Assembly: GCA_902795705.1 (NCBI GenBank)
Contig: CADBMH010000317.1
Span: forward strand, 1 to 52,105
Origin: an uncultured Lachnospiraceae bacterium
Lineage (GTDB): Bacteria; Bacillota; Clostridia; Lachnospirales; Lachnospiraceae
Direction: 5' to 3'
DNA length: 52,105 bases
Made by a program: the position numbers and the translations under genes. Below are positions 15,567 through 24,377 of this stretch, piece by piece. The notes under the pieces are model-generated. The model did no database searches. It saw only the letters and a list, made by a program, of their open reading frames with translations, and was not told the DNA's origin. Numbering within the stretch: the stretch's first letter is position 1; the number at the start of each line of letters is the position of its first letter.

Positions 15567-17495
15567 TCAAACTTTCGATGCTGTACGCTCAATCGAATCA
15601 AAACTTCTCTGAAAAGACTGAACGCAAAACTCTTCTCTTCCTGCTCCGATCCGGTCTCCTTCGGAAAGCATCCGTCTTCCGCTTAACCGTACTCCGTTGA
15701 TAAAGGTCCCATTTGTAGAATTCAGATCCTCCACATAGCATCCCATCTTTGTGACTTCAATGACAAAATGCTGCTTGCTCAGCTTATCATCATCAAAGAA
15801 AACCTCACATATATCAGAGCGCCCCACAAAAAAGCTACCTTCCACATCCCACTGTAATTCCTTTGTCAGTCCTTTTCCATCCGTGACCGTTAATGTAATC
15901 AGACGACTATCCGCCATATTGAGATCATCCGGATTTGTCTCCATCCTGATTACTTTTTCATTTTTCTTCTTTAAAAGTATAATAACGATGACAAGTCCGA
16001 AAATAAACAGAAGCGCAAGTAAAAGTACCCATGAGTATTCCTGAAATAAACTTTTATCCTCCTGTTTCTCTTCCTGCACCTCATCTTTTTCTGTTAATCC
16101 CGTCTTCACAGTAAAGCTCTTTTCTGTTTCTTCTATTGCGTTTGCTTCCTCCGAAGCATCTCTGAGACCGGAAATCTTAAGCATATACTCTCCGTCATAC
16201 ATCTTCTCTTCCGTTGTAATCACAACGTTTTTTTCTGAACTCCCGTCTCCGGCAGAAGGAATCTCAACCTTTTTAATCCCCCATGATTCCTCTGCTGCCT
16301 TTCCATCCTTTACGCGGAAAATCTTATAATTTGCCTGATTTAAAAGATCATCTTTATTTAATCCGTTCTCATCACGAATGGTAAATCCGATCTTACTTGC
16401 ACTCTGCACCGTGATATCGGATAACTCAGGAGCTTCATTGTCACTCACATGACTAAAATAGCCGATTGAAGACTTTTTCGACTCCTCGGATTTTCCATTT
16501 GTTTTTATTAATGTCAATGCTGCATTAGAAAGTGTTCGGTTTGAGTTCGACAACAGATTTACAATAAAGGTCTTTTCCCAAAGCCTGTTCTGCAGCGTCT
16601 GAAATGCCTGATCTACCGCACTCGCTTTATTTCTATGGGAAATATCACTTCCTCTGACCATACGGTCATTTTCGCCCATTGTATTCAAAATCCGCTTTGT
16701 CATGGCAATCTTGGACTGATTTCCTTCCCCGGAAAGCCCATAAGCCAAAATAATACCATAAACCGGTATCGCCGCATTTTTTACATTAGAAAAGGTAGTT
16801 TTCGGATCATTTTTGCTGCCGGTAGAGTCATCTTCTCCATCCGTCAGCAGGATTAAAACCGTCCGTGTCCCGGAAGGCATAGACCTTCCCGTGATTTCAT
16901 TAATGGAACGATAAAGGACTGTCTTTTTTCCGTCCCTTTTAATCGCCTGGATTTTCTTGATATCAGACTGCTCTCCGTCACTGCGTCCGGCATTTTCCAA
17001 TACCGTAACCTTTCCTTTATTCGGACTTTCAACACCTACCGTATAGATATCCATCCTGTCTTTCTCTCTTTTCGATATCTTCTTGCGAAAAGCCACCAGA
17101 TTCTGTTTCACTGCCTGAAAATGTTCTTCACTGACAGAACCGGAATTATCTAAAAGAAAAATATATCGTATTTCGGCATCGTCCTCTGCAGCCAGCTTGG
17201 TAGCTCCCTCCTGAACCAAATCTACCGAAGCAGGATTTCCACCCTTATCCGAACCATTAAGCAATCCCTTAAATGTCGTCTTCGTATTTACATTTCCCTG
17301 CACATATGCTTTGATCTTCGGTGCATTAATATCAACCTGTTCAATAAAAACTGCAGCACTTGCAGACTGAACCGGTACAGCCAAAAGAACCGCACAAATA
17401 CACAGTAAAACGGAGCTCAACCGAAACACACTTTTTTTACGCGATATGAACTGCTTCGCTCCCCCGCAGCCCTTCTTTCTCATCCATCGATCCAT
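15567..17495 (-). CDS. Membrane protein: signal peptide, VWA domain, Ig-like region, TM, cytoplasmic FHA domain
   Basis: MIDAS LLDNSGS..T..LTDGED; beta-rich region after NEAPELS; TM (WVLLLALLFIFGLVIVIILL); FHA motifs VGR, LSKQH, STNGT. Confidence 0.88.
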   Translation of the reverse strand: MDRWMRKKGCGGAKQFISRKKSVFRLSSVLLCICAVLLAVPVQSASAAVFIEQVDINAPKIKAYVQGNVNTKTTFKGLLNGSDKGGNPASVDLVQEGATKLAAEDDAEIRYIFLLDNSGSVSEEHFQAVKQNLVAFRKKISKREKDRMDIYTVGVESPNKGKVTVLENAGRSDGEQSDIKKIQAIKRDGKKTVLYRSINEITGRSMPSGTRTVLILLTDGEDDSTGSKNDPKTTFSNVKNAAIPVYGIILAYGLSGEGNQSKIAMTKRILNTMGENDRMVRGSDISHRNKASAVDQAFQTLQNRLWEKTFIVNLLSNSNRTLSNAALTLIKTNGKSEESKKSSIGYFSHVSDNEAPELSDITVQSASKIGFTIRDENGLNKDDLLNQANYKIFRVKDGKAAEESWGIKKVEIPSAGDGSSEKNVVITTEEKMYDGEYMLKISGLRDASEEANAIEETEKSFTVKTGLTEKDEVQEEKQEDKSLFQEYSWVLLLALLFIFGLVIVIILLKKKNEKVIRMETNPDDLNMADSRLITLTVTDGKGLTKELQWDVEGSFFVGRSDICEVFFDDDKLSKQHFVIEVTKMGCYVEDLNSTNGTFINGVRLSGRRMLSEGDRIGAGREEFCVQSFQRSFDSIERTASKV

Positions 17496-17584
17496 ATCTT
17501 CCTCCCGTCTGTTATCCCGGAGTCCCGCCAGACTTTATCAGCTTTCCTGTCTGGAAGGACATTTCCAATAACCGGACCAACACA

Positions 17585-19033
17585 CTAGCTTTTCACAGTC
17601 TTTTTCGCCCAGGCACTCTTGTACTTCTTTGTACTGTCGATTGCCTGCACCTTGATTGTATATTTCTTTTTCTTCCTGATCGTATTAGAAAGTTTTGTCT
17701 TTTTTGTCAAAGGCAGGATTGTGGTTTTCACACCATGCTGTTGAATACTGACTTTATATTTTGATGCCCCCTTTACTTTGCCCCACTGTATTGTCATGCG
17801 TGAACCCTTGATCTTCACTTTGAGCTTTGGTTTTCCAATTCCAACCTTTAATGTCAGAGTCGCAGATGCACCATAATATTGCGAGGTATCCGGTGCTGTA
17901 ACCGTTATTTTGGTCGTTCCTGCTTTTTTTAAGCTCACCTTCACATAGCTTCCGTACGATGTCACAGTTGCCACTTTCTTGTTGCTGCTAGTGACATTCA
18001 GCATCGTATAAAAATCACCAGACGGATACAGGTAAAAACTGCCATCTCCCACAACTTTCTTCATAGAAGCAGGTACATGAACCGTTTGTGCCGTTTGTGC
18101 CGTTTTCACCGATGGCGCTGCTGTCGGCACTGCAGATGAGCCTGAACCTGAGATAGGATTTGTATAAGTTTCCTGAAAAACAATCCTCGAAACCTTTTTG
18201 GCAATAGCCGAACGGACATGAATCGCATACATATAATTCTCGTCCATAGCTACATTCGTGGCACCAAAAAGCCCGTCAATATCATCTTCTATCTGCTCAT
18301 TTAATACATTTCCCGAACTGTCATAAAAGATTGCTATGCTCGCCCATGTAGTATTTTTTCCACTTCCCAAAGAAATCATATTAAAATTCACATATAAAAT
18401 ATAATCTCCGGCTCCCGTTTCCGTATAAAAATCATAGTTGGTTATCTTTGCCTGCATGGCATCCTCTAACATACATCCCATGCGGTTCGGGATCTGTATG
18501 TCTACATGATCCCACAGATCAGCCGTCCGTTTCACAGGTAACGCATTCAGATTCGTATAATGCTCCTGAAAAACAATCTTTGCAACCTTATCCGCATAAG
18601 ACACAGGTACAAAGATGTTTGACGAATAGGTTTTATCTAACGAAAGATTTCCACTATCCCCCGACTGGAAATAACCGTGCTCATACTGATTCAAAAGATT
18701 GCCATCTGCATCATAAAAAAGCGCTGTACTGGTGAAACTTTTGTTTCCTTTTGTACCTAAAGAAGTCAGCTTGTAATCAATATGCACCTGATAAGAACTG
18801 CCATTCTCCTGATAATCATAATTAACAAGCTTTGCCCTCATTGCATCATCATACCGGTCTCCTAATGAATTTGGAAAGATGATGCCTACCCCTTTCCATG
18901 GCTTTTCAATGGCAGCCTGTACATATTTCTCTCCCGCCAGACCTCCGCTTCCAAATAGAACTCCAAGGAACAAGGCCGTGGACATGATGATACAGATTCT
19001 TTTTTTTCTTTCTCTTTTCCTGTATATGTTCAT
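17585..19033 (-). CDS. Secreted/surface protein: two tandem ~120-aa beta-rich repeats plus Big_2-like and Lys-rich FN3-like C-terminal module
   Basis: Signal peptide; repeats share PN..DAMxAK..NYD..SLG..FYDxxGNxLN..KVxxIVFQExYTN; SSNKKVATV..KKAGTTKITVT; W.KVKGA.KY. Confidence 0.78.
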   Translation of the reverse strand: MNIYRKRERKKRICIIMSTALFLGVLFGSGGLAGEKYVQAAIEKPWKGVGIIFPNSLGDRYDDAMRAKLVNYDYQENGSSYQVHIDYKLTSLGTKGNKSFTSTALFYDADGNLLNQYEHGYFQSGDSGNLSLDKTYSSNIFVPVSYADKVAKIVFQEHYTNLNALPVKRTADLWDHVDIQIPNRMGCMLEDAMQAKITNYDFYTETGAGDYILYVNFNMISLGSGKNTTWASIAIFYDSSGNVLNEQIEDDIDGLFGATNVAMDENYMYAIHVRSAIAKKVSRIVFQETYTNPISGSGSSAVPTAAPSVKTAQTAQTVHVPASMKKVVGDGSFYLYPSGDFYTMLNVTSSNKKVATVTSYGSYVKVSLKKAGTTKITVTAPDTSQYYGASATLTLKVGIGKPKLKVKIKGSRMTIQWGKVKGASKYKVSIQQHGVKTTILPLTKKTKLSNTIRKKKKYTIKVQAIDSTKKYKSAWAKKTVKS

Positions 19034-19080
19034 ATGTGTTTCCTCCCGACATCATCAGGTAGACATAAATTTCAATCCTA

Positions 19081-20379
19081 TCAGCTCTTCACGGTCTTTT
19101 TCGCCCATGCACTGCCGTATTTTTTCGTACTGTCAAGCGCTTTGACCTTTATGGTGTATTTCTTTCCTTTTTTCACTATATTTGAAATTTTTCTTTTTGA
19201 TGTTAAAGGAAGTGTCGTTGTCTTCACTCCATGCTGTGTGATGCTGACCTTATATTTCGCCGCACCCTTTACCTTATTCCAGCTGATGGTCATTCGGCCA
19301 TTTTTCACCTTTACTTTAACCTTCGGCTTGCTGCAGACCACCTTCACCGTCACGGTCTTAGAAGCCGCCTTATATTCTGATGTCGCCGGCGCAGAGATCG
19401 TAATCTTTGTCTGTCCCGGCTTTTTCATATCCACTCTGCCATAAGAACCGAAGGATGTAACATTTGCCACGCTTGTATTACTACTCTTAAAACTTAAATA
19501 GGTAAAGATATTTCCGGTCGGAATGATATTAAAGCTTCCCGACCCCAATGTCTTTGTCATGCTGGATGAGACATTGATGGACTGGGCAGTCGTTCCCGAA
19601 CTGCTGCTTCCTGAACCACCCGTAGAAATTTTTGTACAGCCCGAACGATACCATGAATAGGTCCCGTTTCCGTCCGGACGCACCAAAACATAATATACAT
19701 ATGCCCCATTCATCGCCGCAGTCACATCAAAGGATACCGATGTTCCCTGTTTGATCATGGTACTCTTCGACCATATACCATAATCATCATAAATATCATC
19801 AATAGATAAAAGTGTATCACTGATACAATATGTAATAGACGCCCCCGAATCAGAAATACTCAGGGCATCAAAAGAGAATGTATTCCCGACATTTCCTGAC
19901 CAGGTTTCCGGCATATCCCTGTGAATCGTAAGATTCGCACTATATGTATAGTTTGTACCACTGTTTGTCTTTGCGGAAAATGTTACGGAATAAACCCCTG
20001 GATCTAAGGTGTACTCCATATAATAATATTTAGATGTACCTCCGGAACTGTCACTGGCACTTTTTACCGTCGAACCACTGCTGTTCTTTATCGTTAAATA
20101 CGGACTATATAAATATCCTCCATCCGGACTTCCGATTACAATATATACCGTATCTCCGTCAATATAATCATTATACGAATCTGCTGCAGCAAGAGCAGAA
20201 GCATCCATATCCCCGTTCCACTCATCTGTCATCTTACCAATATAGCTGTACGCCGAAGCATTCGCGGCATTTCTGACCGCCTCATCCGGGCTGATGCAGC
20301 TTCCCCACATAACGCTTAGAAACAATACTGCTGCCGTCACGAACCATTTGCGGATATCCTTCCTTTTTGTCATTTCCAT
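19081..20379 (-). CDS. Secreted/surface protein: Tyr/Ser-rich beta N-terminus plus the same Big_2/FN3-like C-terminal module
   Basis: Signal peptide; last 167 aa align without gaps to the neighbouring gene; RBS AAGGAG. Confidence 0.78.
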   Translation of the reverse strand: MEMTKRKDIRKWFVTAAVLFLSVMWGSCISPDEAVRNAANASAYSYIGKMTDEWNGDMDASALAAADSYNDYIDGDTVYIVIGSPDGGYLYSPYLTIKNSSGSTVKSASDSSGGTSKYYYMEYTLDPGVYSVTFSAKTNSGTNYTYSANLTIHRDMPETWSGNVGNTFSFDALSISDSGASITYCISDTLLSIDDIYDDYGIWSKSTMIKQGTSVSFDVTAAMNGAYVYYVLVRPDGNGTYSWYRSGCTKISTGGSGSSSSGTTAQSINVSSSMTKTLGSGSFNIIPTGNIFTYLSFKSSNTSVANVTSFGSYGRVDMKKPGQTKITISAPATSEYKAASKTVTVKVVCSKPKVKVKVKNGRMTISWNKVKGAAKYKVSITQHGVKTTTLPLTSKRKISNIVKKGKKYTIKVKALDSTKKYGSAWAKKTVKS

Positions 20380-20576
20380 ACTCCATTCTCCTTTCCTTCT
20401 CTTTCACCTTTGTTGCTGCTGCCACATTGATTCATGTTGACCAGCGGCTCCATGTGGCACTCGCACAATGCCAGTTCAAGCAAGCTTGACTGTCATTTTG
20501 CTCATTTTATTCCATACTCAATCACACACAAAACATATATAATGTTCATCTTAGCAAAATATATATCTCGTTTCTA

Positions 20577-20617
20577 TAAAATGATAGAATCTGGCACTGC
20601 CAAAATTTATCATTTTA
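20577..20617. promoter_or_regulatory. 41-bp imperfect palindrome at the predicted transcription start of the kinase/FHA operon (operator, or natAB terminator)
   Basis: TAAAATGATAGAATCTGGCA-C-TGCCAAAATTTATCATTTTA, 17/20 arm positions complementary. Confidence 0.5.
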
Positions 20618-20621
20618 CCAT

Positions 20622-20650
20622 ATTTTACCATATCTTGATAAGATTAGCAA
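20622..20650 (-). promoter_or_regulatory. Candidate sigma-A promoter of the kinase/FHA operon
   Basis: TTGCTA-N17-TAAAAT with extended -10 TG; the 10-bp unit ATATGGTAAA is tandemly duplicated. Confidence 0.5.
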
Positions 20651-20664
20651 ATTCTTCTTTTCCT

Positions 20665-22671
20665 CTAATCTCCATTTGTCGAAGCATTTCGAAGTAATAT
20701 AACCCCTGCTGCAAGCGAAACGATCATGATGCCAAAATAAAGAAAGATATATTGATCCAAAAAGCGTTCCACTCCCTGCAGTCTGTCACCGTAATACATC
20801 ACACAGACTGCCGTGGCATTATTCAAAAAATGCACCAGCATGGAGGTAAGAAGACTGCCGCTTTTATATACCATATAGCATAAAAACGCTCCTAAAACAG
20901 CCGTACCCGGAAATCGCACAAAGCTCATATGACTGATACCAAATAGAACGGCAACAAATAAAATCGACACCGGAACCGAAAACTTCTCTAAAAACGCCCG
21001 CATCAGATAACCGCGAAACAAGATTTCCTCGCAGACCGCCGGCAAAAGGGCGATCAAAAGAACTGCTGCCGGGAACGGAACCCCTTTGATAATCAGTTCA
21101 AACTGCTCCGATACCGCAGAGGACTGCGAAGGGAAGAAATGCTCTAAAATCCCTCCGATCCAGGAAGTCAGAAGATAACCTCCCGCAAATACCAGAAGCG
21201 CTCCACAGAGGTGGAGAGGCTTTGGCAGTCTGATACTGTAGATTTTTTTATAGTCTCCCTTAATATAAATCGTTGCAAGCACCGGAAGCAAAAGAACAAA
21301 TCCCTGTTGGATCAGAATGCCGGCCTGCAGGTTCTTAAGCGTTGCCAGCCCGCCGATATAGGTCATTGCAAGCAGAACGATCACTAAGACAAGCACCGCT
21401 TCCTGCGGTGTCGGCATGGATCCTTTCTTTAAATTTTTCCTGCGTTCAAAGAGCTTCATCCCCGTCGCATCTCCAAACAGAAGATTTTCACTCCGGTAAA
21501 TAGACGCTAAAAACATAACCGTGATCATTGCATAGAGGATATTACTGAAAAGAACAATGAAAATCAGCGAAAAATTATATTTAAATACTAAAAGGTCTTT
21601 GATCAGGAGACAGATATTCGCTACAGGAATAAGTGCCATCTTATAGTCCAGCACGACATTCGGGATAAACCCGATATAGCCGACAAACATGATCACGAGC
21701 ATGAGCGGCGTGATATAATTATTCGCCTCCTTAAAGCTTTTCGCAAAGGAACAGACACACATAAAAATTGCACTGATAAATAATGCAAATGCCGAAATAC
21801 AGATCATCGCGATCAAGACCGCAGGGATAAAATCCGACAGATGCAGTCCTTTTACACTGTCCGACATAGAAGCTATCGTAGCATACAGATACGCTATAAT
21901 GCCCCCGATCGACAGCACATTGATCAATACCGATATCAATGACAAGGTAGCCACTGATAAGAACTTCGATGTGATCAGTTCCATATTTGAAATCGGCAAT
22001 GTCAAAAGTGTCTCTAAAGTTCCTCTCTCCTTTTCCCCGGAGGTCGTGTCGATTGCCGGATAAGTCGCACCCATGAGAATGCTGATGATCAGCATAAACG
22101 GAATGACCGTCCCCAGAATATTCCCAATCGAGCTTTCCCTGCTTGATAAGTCCTTCCCTTCTGATTTCACGGGATTAATCAGATAATCCACATTTAGTCC
22201 GGTCTCTCCCGCCCTCTTAACAGAAAGCTTCTTCCGGAACGCCTCAAGCTCCTCCTTATACATCGAAAGACAGTTATTCGAATTGGTCACTGCAGACAGA
22301 TAGGAAATCTGAAAGGTATAATTGCCGCTCTGCTCCTTTACTTCAATCACAGCATCAACCTTTTCTTCCTTTAATTCAGCTTCAGCATTTTCAGCTGAAA
22401 CCACCTCAAAGACATAATCGAGCTCATCTTCCTCTCCTGCGATAAACTTCGTAAGCTCTTCAACGACTTTCTCCTGTCCGCCGGAATAAGCAATCTTATA
22501 GACATGCTCCTCCCTGTTATGATTGATCATCACCATCACCTGCATGACTACAATAAAAATAAGCGGATATAAAATAAGCGGAAGTAAAAACATTGCAAGC
22601 ATTGTCTTTTTATCCCGTATGACATCCATCATTTCTTTTTTATATAAAAATTTTAGATTTCGCCTATTCAT
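20665..22671 (-). CDS. natB: NatB-like ABC-2 permease fused to a CPBP (Abi/CAAX) intramembrane protease
   Basis: KKEMMDVIRDKKT, GEKERGTLETLLTLP, AKSFKEA; C-terminal EEILFRG..FGISH..HFLNN; start ATG 22671 overlapping the upstream stop. Confidence 0.85.
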   Translation of the reverse strand: MNRRNLKFLYKKEMMDVIRDKKTMLAMFLLPLILYPLIFIVVMQVMVMINHNREEHVYKIAYSGGQEKVVEELTKFIAGEEDELDYVFEVVSAENAEAELKEEKVDAVIEVKEQSGNYTFQISYLSAVTNSNNCLSMYKEELEAFRKKLSVKRAGETGLNVDYLINPVKSEGKDLSSRESSIGNILGTVIPFMLIISILMGATYPAIDTTSGEKERGTLETLLTLPISNMELITSKFLSVATLSLISVLINVLSIGGIIAYLYATIASMSDSVKGLHLSDFIPAVLIAMICISAFALFISAIFMCVCSFAKSFKEANNYITPLMLVIMFVGYIGFIPNVVLDYKMALIPVANICLLIKDLLVFKYNFSLIFIVLFSNILYAMITVMFLASIYRSENLLFGDATGMKLFERRKNLKKGSMPTPQEAVLVLVIVLLAMTYIGGLATLKNLQAGILIQQGFVLLLPVLATIYIKGDYKKIYSIRLPKPLHLCGALLVFAGGYLLTSWIGGILEHFFPSQSSAVSEQFELIIKGVPFPAAVLLIALLPAVCEEILFRGYLMRAFLEKFSVPVSILFVAVLFGISHMSFVRFPGTAVLGAFLCYMVYKSGSLLTSMLVHFLNNATAVCVMYYGDRLQGVERFLDQYIFLYFGIMIVSLAAGVILLRNASTNGD

Positions 22672-23440
22672 CTTCACTCTCCTCCAAGCCATGCTCGCCT
22701 ACAATCTGAAAAAAAGTCTCCCTTAGACTCCTCGTACCTGTTTTCTGCATCAGCTCCTCAGGTGTTCCTTCCGCTACAATTTTCCCCTTATGCATCATCA
22801 AAATCCTGTCACACAAAGTCTGCGCTTCCTCCATATAGTGTGTAGAATAGAGGATCGTTTTTCCCCTCCCCTTTTCCTGCTCCATAAAATCAATAATTGC
22901 CTTCGAACTGATGATATCAAGTCCCAGTGTCGGTTCATCAAAAATATAGATTTCCGGATCATGGATCAGACATCTTGCAATATTGCTCCGCTGCTTCTGA
23001 CCGGTAGACAGCTTCTCGATGCGGTTATCCAAAAAGCTCTCCATATCCAGTATATCAGATACCTTTTCTATCCGTTCTTCTGTCTTTTCCCGATCCAGTC
23101 CGTAAATCTCTTCAAAAATCCTTAAAAGTTCTCTCACCGTAAATCTCCCGTAAAGCTTCGTATTTTCAGAGAGATAACCGATCCGTCTCTTCTGTTCGAT
23201 TGCATTAGAAATCACTTCTCCATCCCCGTTTTTCATAACGACACCGCCTGCCGTCGGCTCCATTAAATTTCCAAGCATTCTCAGAAGCGTGGTCTTTCCG
23301 GCGCCGTTCGGTCCCAAAATACCGAGGATTTCTCCCTCCCTCGCCTCAAAGCTGATATGATCTACCGCGAAAAACTCTTCCTTTTTTCCTTTTTTCTTTT
23401 GTCTGATAAATTTTTTTGCAATATTCTCTACCTGGATCAA
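22664..23440 (-). CDS. natA: NatA-like ABC transporter ATP-binding protein
   Basis: GPNGAGKTT, LSTGQKQR, FDEPT, STH; TTG start. Confidence 0.88.
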   Translation of the reverse strand: MIQVENIAKKFIRQKKKGKKEEFFAVDHISFEAREGEILGILGPNGAGKTTLLRMLGNLMEPTAGGVVMKNGDGEVISNAIEQKRRIGYLSENTKLYGRFTVRELLRIFEEIYGLDREKTEERIEKVSDILDMESFLDNRIEKLSTGQKQRSNIARCLIHDPEIYIFDEPTLGLDIISSKAIIDFMEQEKGRGKTILYSTHYMEEAQTLCDRILMMHKGKIVAEGTPEELMQKTGTRSLRETFFQIVGEHGLEESEDE

Positions 23441-23453
23441 AACATGTCCTCCT

Positions 23454-24359
23454 CTAATACTCCTGTAAAATCCTTCTCACCGAATGCAGATACGAACCGC
23501 CGAAGAGATTCAGATGGTTCAGAAGATGATAGAGCTGATACAGGTCTCTCCGCTCCGGATATCCGGGCTGCATCAGTCCCGTTTCCTTATATGCCGCATA
23601 AAAGGCTCCCGAAAAGCCGCCGAAAAGCTCCGTCATCGCAATATCCGTCTCCGCATGCCCGACATAGACTGCCGGGTCGATGAGCCACGCTTTTCCGTCA
23701 TTTCCCGTAATCACATTCCCCGACCACAGATCCCCATGTAAGAGCGAAGGCTTCTCCGGTTCCGTTAAATATCGGTCTAAATGCTCCAAAAGCCTGTCTG
23801 CCTTTTTTCTGTCATCGCTGCTAAAATATCCCTCCGCCCGCCTAAGCTGCGGTATGAGCCTGCAATCCCTGTAAAAATCCACCCAGCTGTCACGCACCTC
23901 ATTTTTCTGAGGTCCCGCACCGATATAATTATCCCCGGTAAAGCCATATTTCCCTCCGGGCACAAAGCTCTCCGTCCCTGCCCTGTGCATACCGGCAAGC
24001 TCCTTTGCAAAGATTTCCCAGTAATCCTTCCCCCTCTGTCCGCCTCTTATAAATTCCAGTAAAAGAAAAGAGGTATGACTTTCCTCATCCGTTCCGATCC
24101 CTAAGATTTCCGGTGCACCGACCGCCGCAGTCTGATGAATTGCCAGAAGCCCGGCAATCTCGGTATCGAAAAAGCTTCTGTTTTCCTTCCGGTTCCTCTT
24201 CATAAAGATGGTATCTCCATTCGAAAGAGACAATCCAAACGCCTCATTGATATCCCCGCCGGAAATCCGCCTGCTATCTGTAATCCTTACGCTCTCTCCG
24301 AAAAGCAGCCGAACCGCCTCATCCGGAGAGGAAAATTCTTTTACTTCCTTCGCTGCCAT
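23454..24359 (-). CDS. Fructosamine kinase family protein
   Basis: GGDIN, LLHGDLWSGN, LIDPAVYVGHAETDIAMTELFGGF. Confidence 0.92.
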   Translation of the reverse strand: MAAKEVKEFSSPDEAVRLLFGESVRITDSRRISGGDINEAFGLSLSNGDTIFMKRNRKENRSFFDTEIAGLLAIHQTAAVGAPEILGIGTDEESHTSFLLLEFIRGGQRGKDYWEIFAKELAGMHRAGTESFVPGGKYGFTGDNYIGAGPQKNEVRDSWVDFYRDCRLIPQLRRAEGYFSSDDRKKADRLLEHLDRYLTEPEKPSLLHGDLWSGNVITGNDGKAWLIDPAVYVGHAETDIAMTELFGGFSGAFYAAYKETGLMQPGYPERRDLYQLYHLLNHLNLFGGSYLHSVRRILQEY

Positions 24360-24377
24360 ATCCTGCTCCCTTCTCGT

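Noticed and set aside
13218-17495. TerY-P triad (vWA, PP2C, kinase)
   Set aside because: Same domain classes, but the VWA protein here is exported, membrane-anchored and FHA-fused rather than a small soluble TerY; treated as an analogy only
17496-17584. Known riboswitch such as c-di-GMP-I/II
   Set aside because: Structured, but I could not match the conserved aptamer motifs by eye; an Rfam scan would settle it
4108-20379. Type VI / type VII secretion or Tad pilus locus
   Set aside because: FHA, kinase, PP2C and pseudokinase genes occur in such loci, but no FtsK/EssC ATPase, WXG100, sheath/Hcp/VgrG, pilin or secretion ATPase genes are visible
20434-20697. 87-aa plus-strand ORF in the operon leader
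   Set aside because: No RBS or motif; overlaps the promoter, palindrome and natB stop
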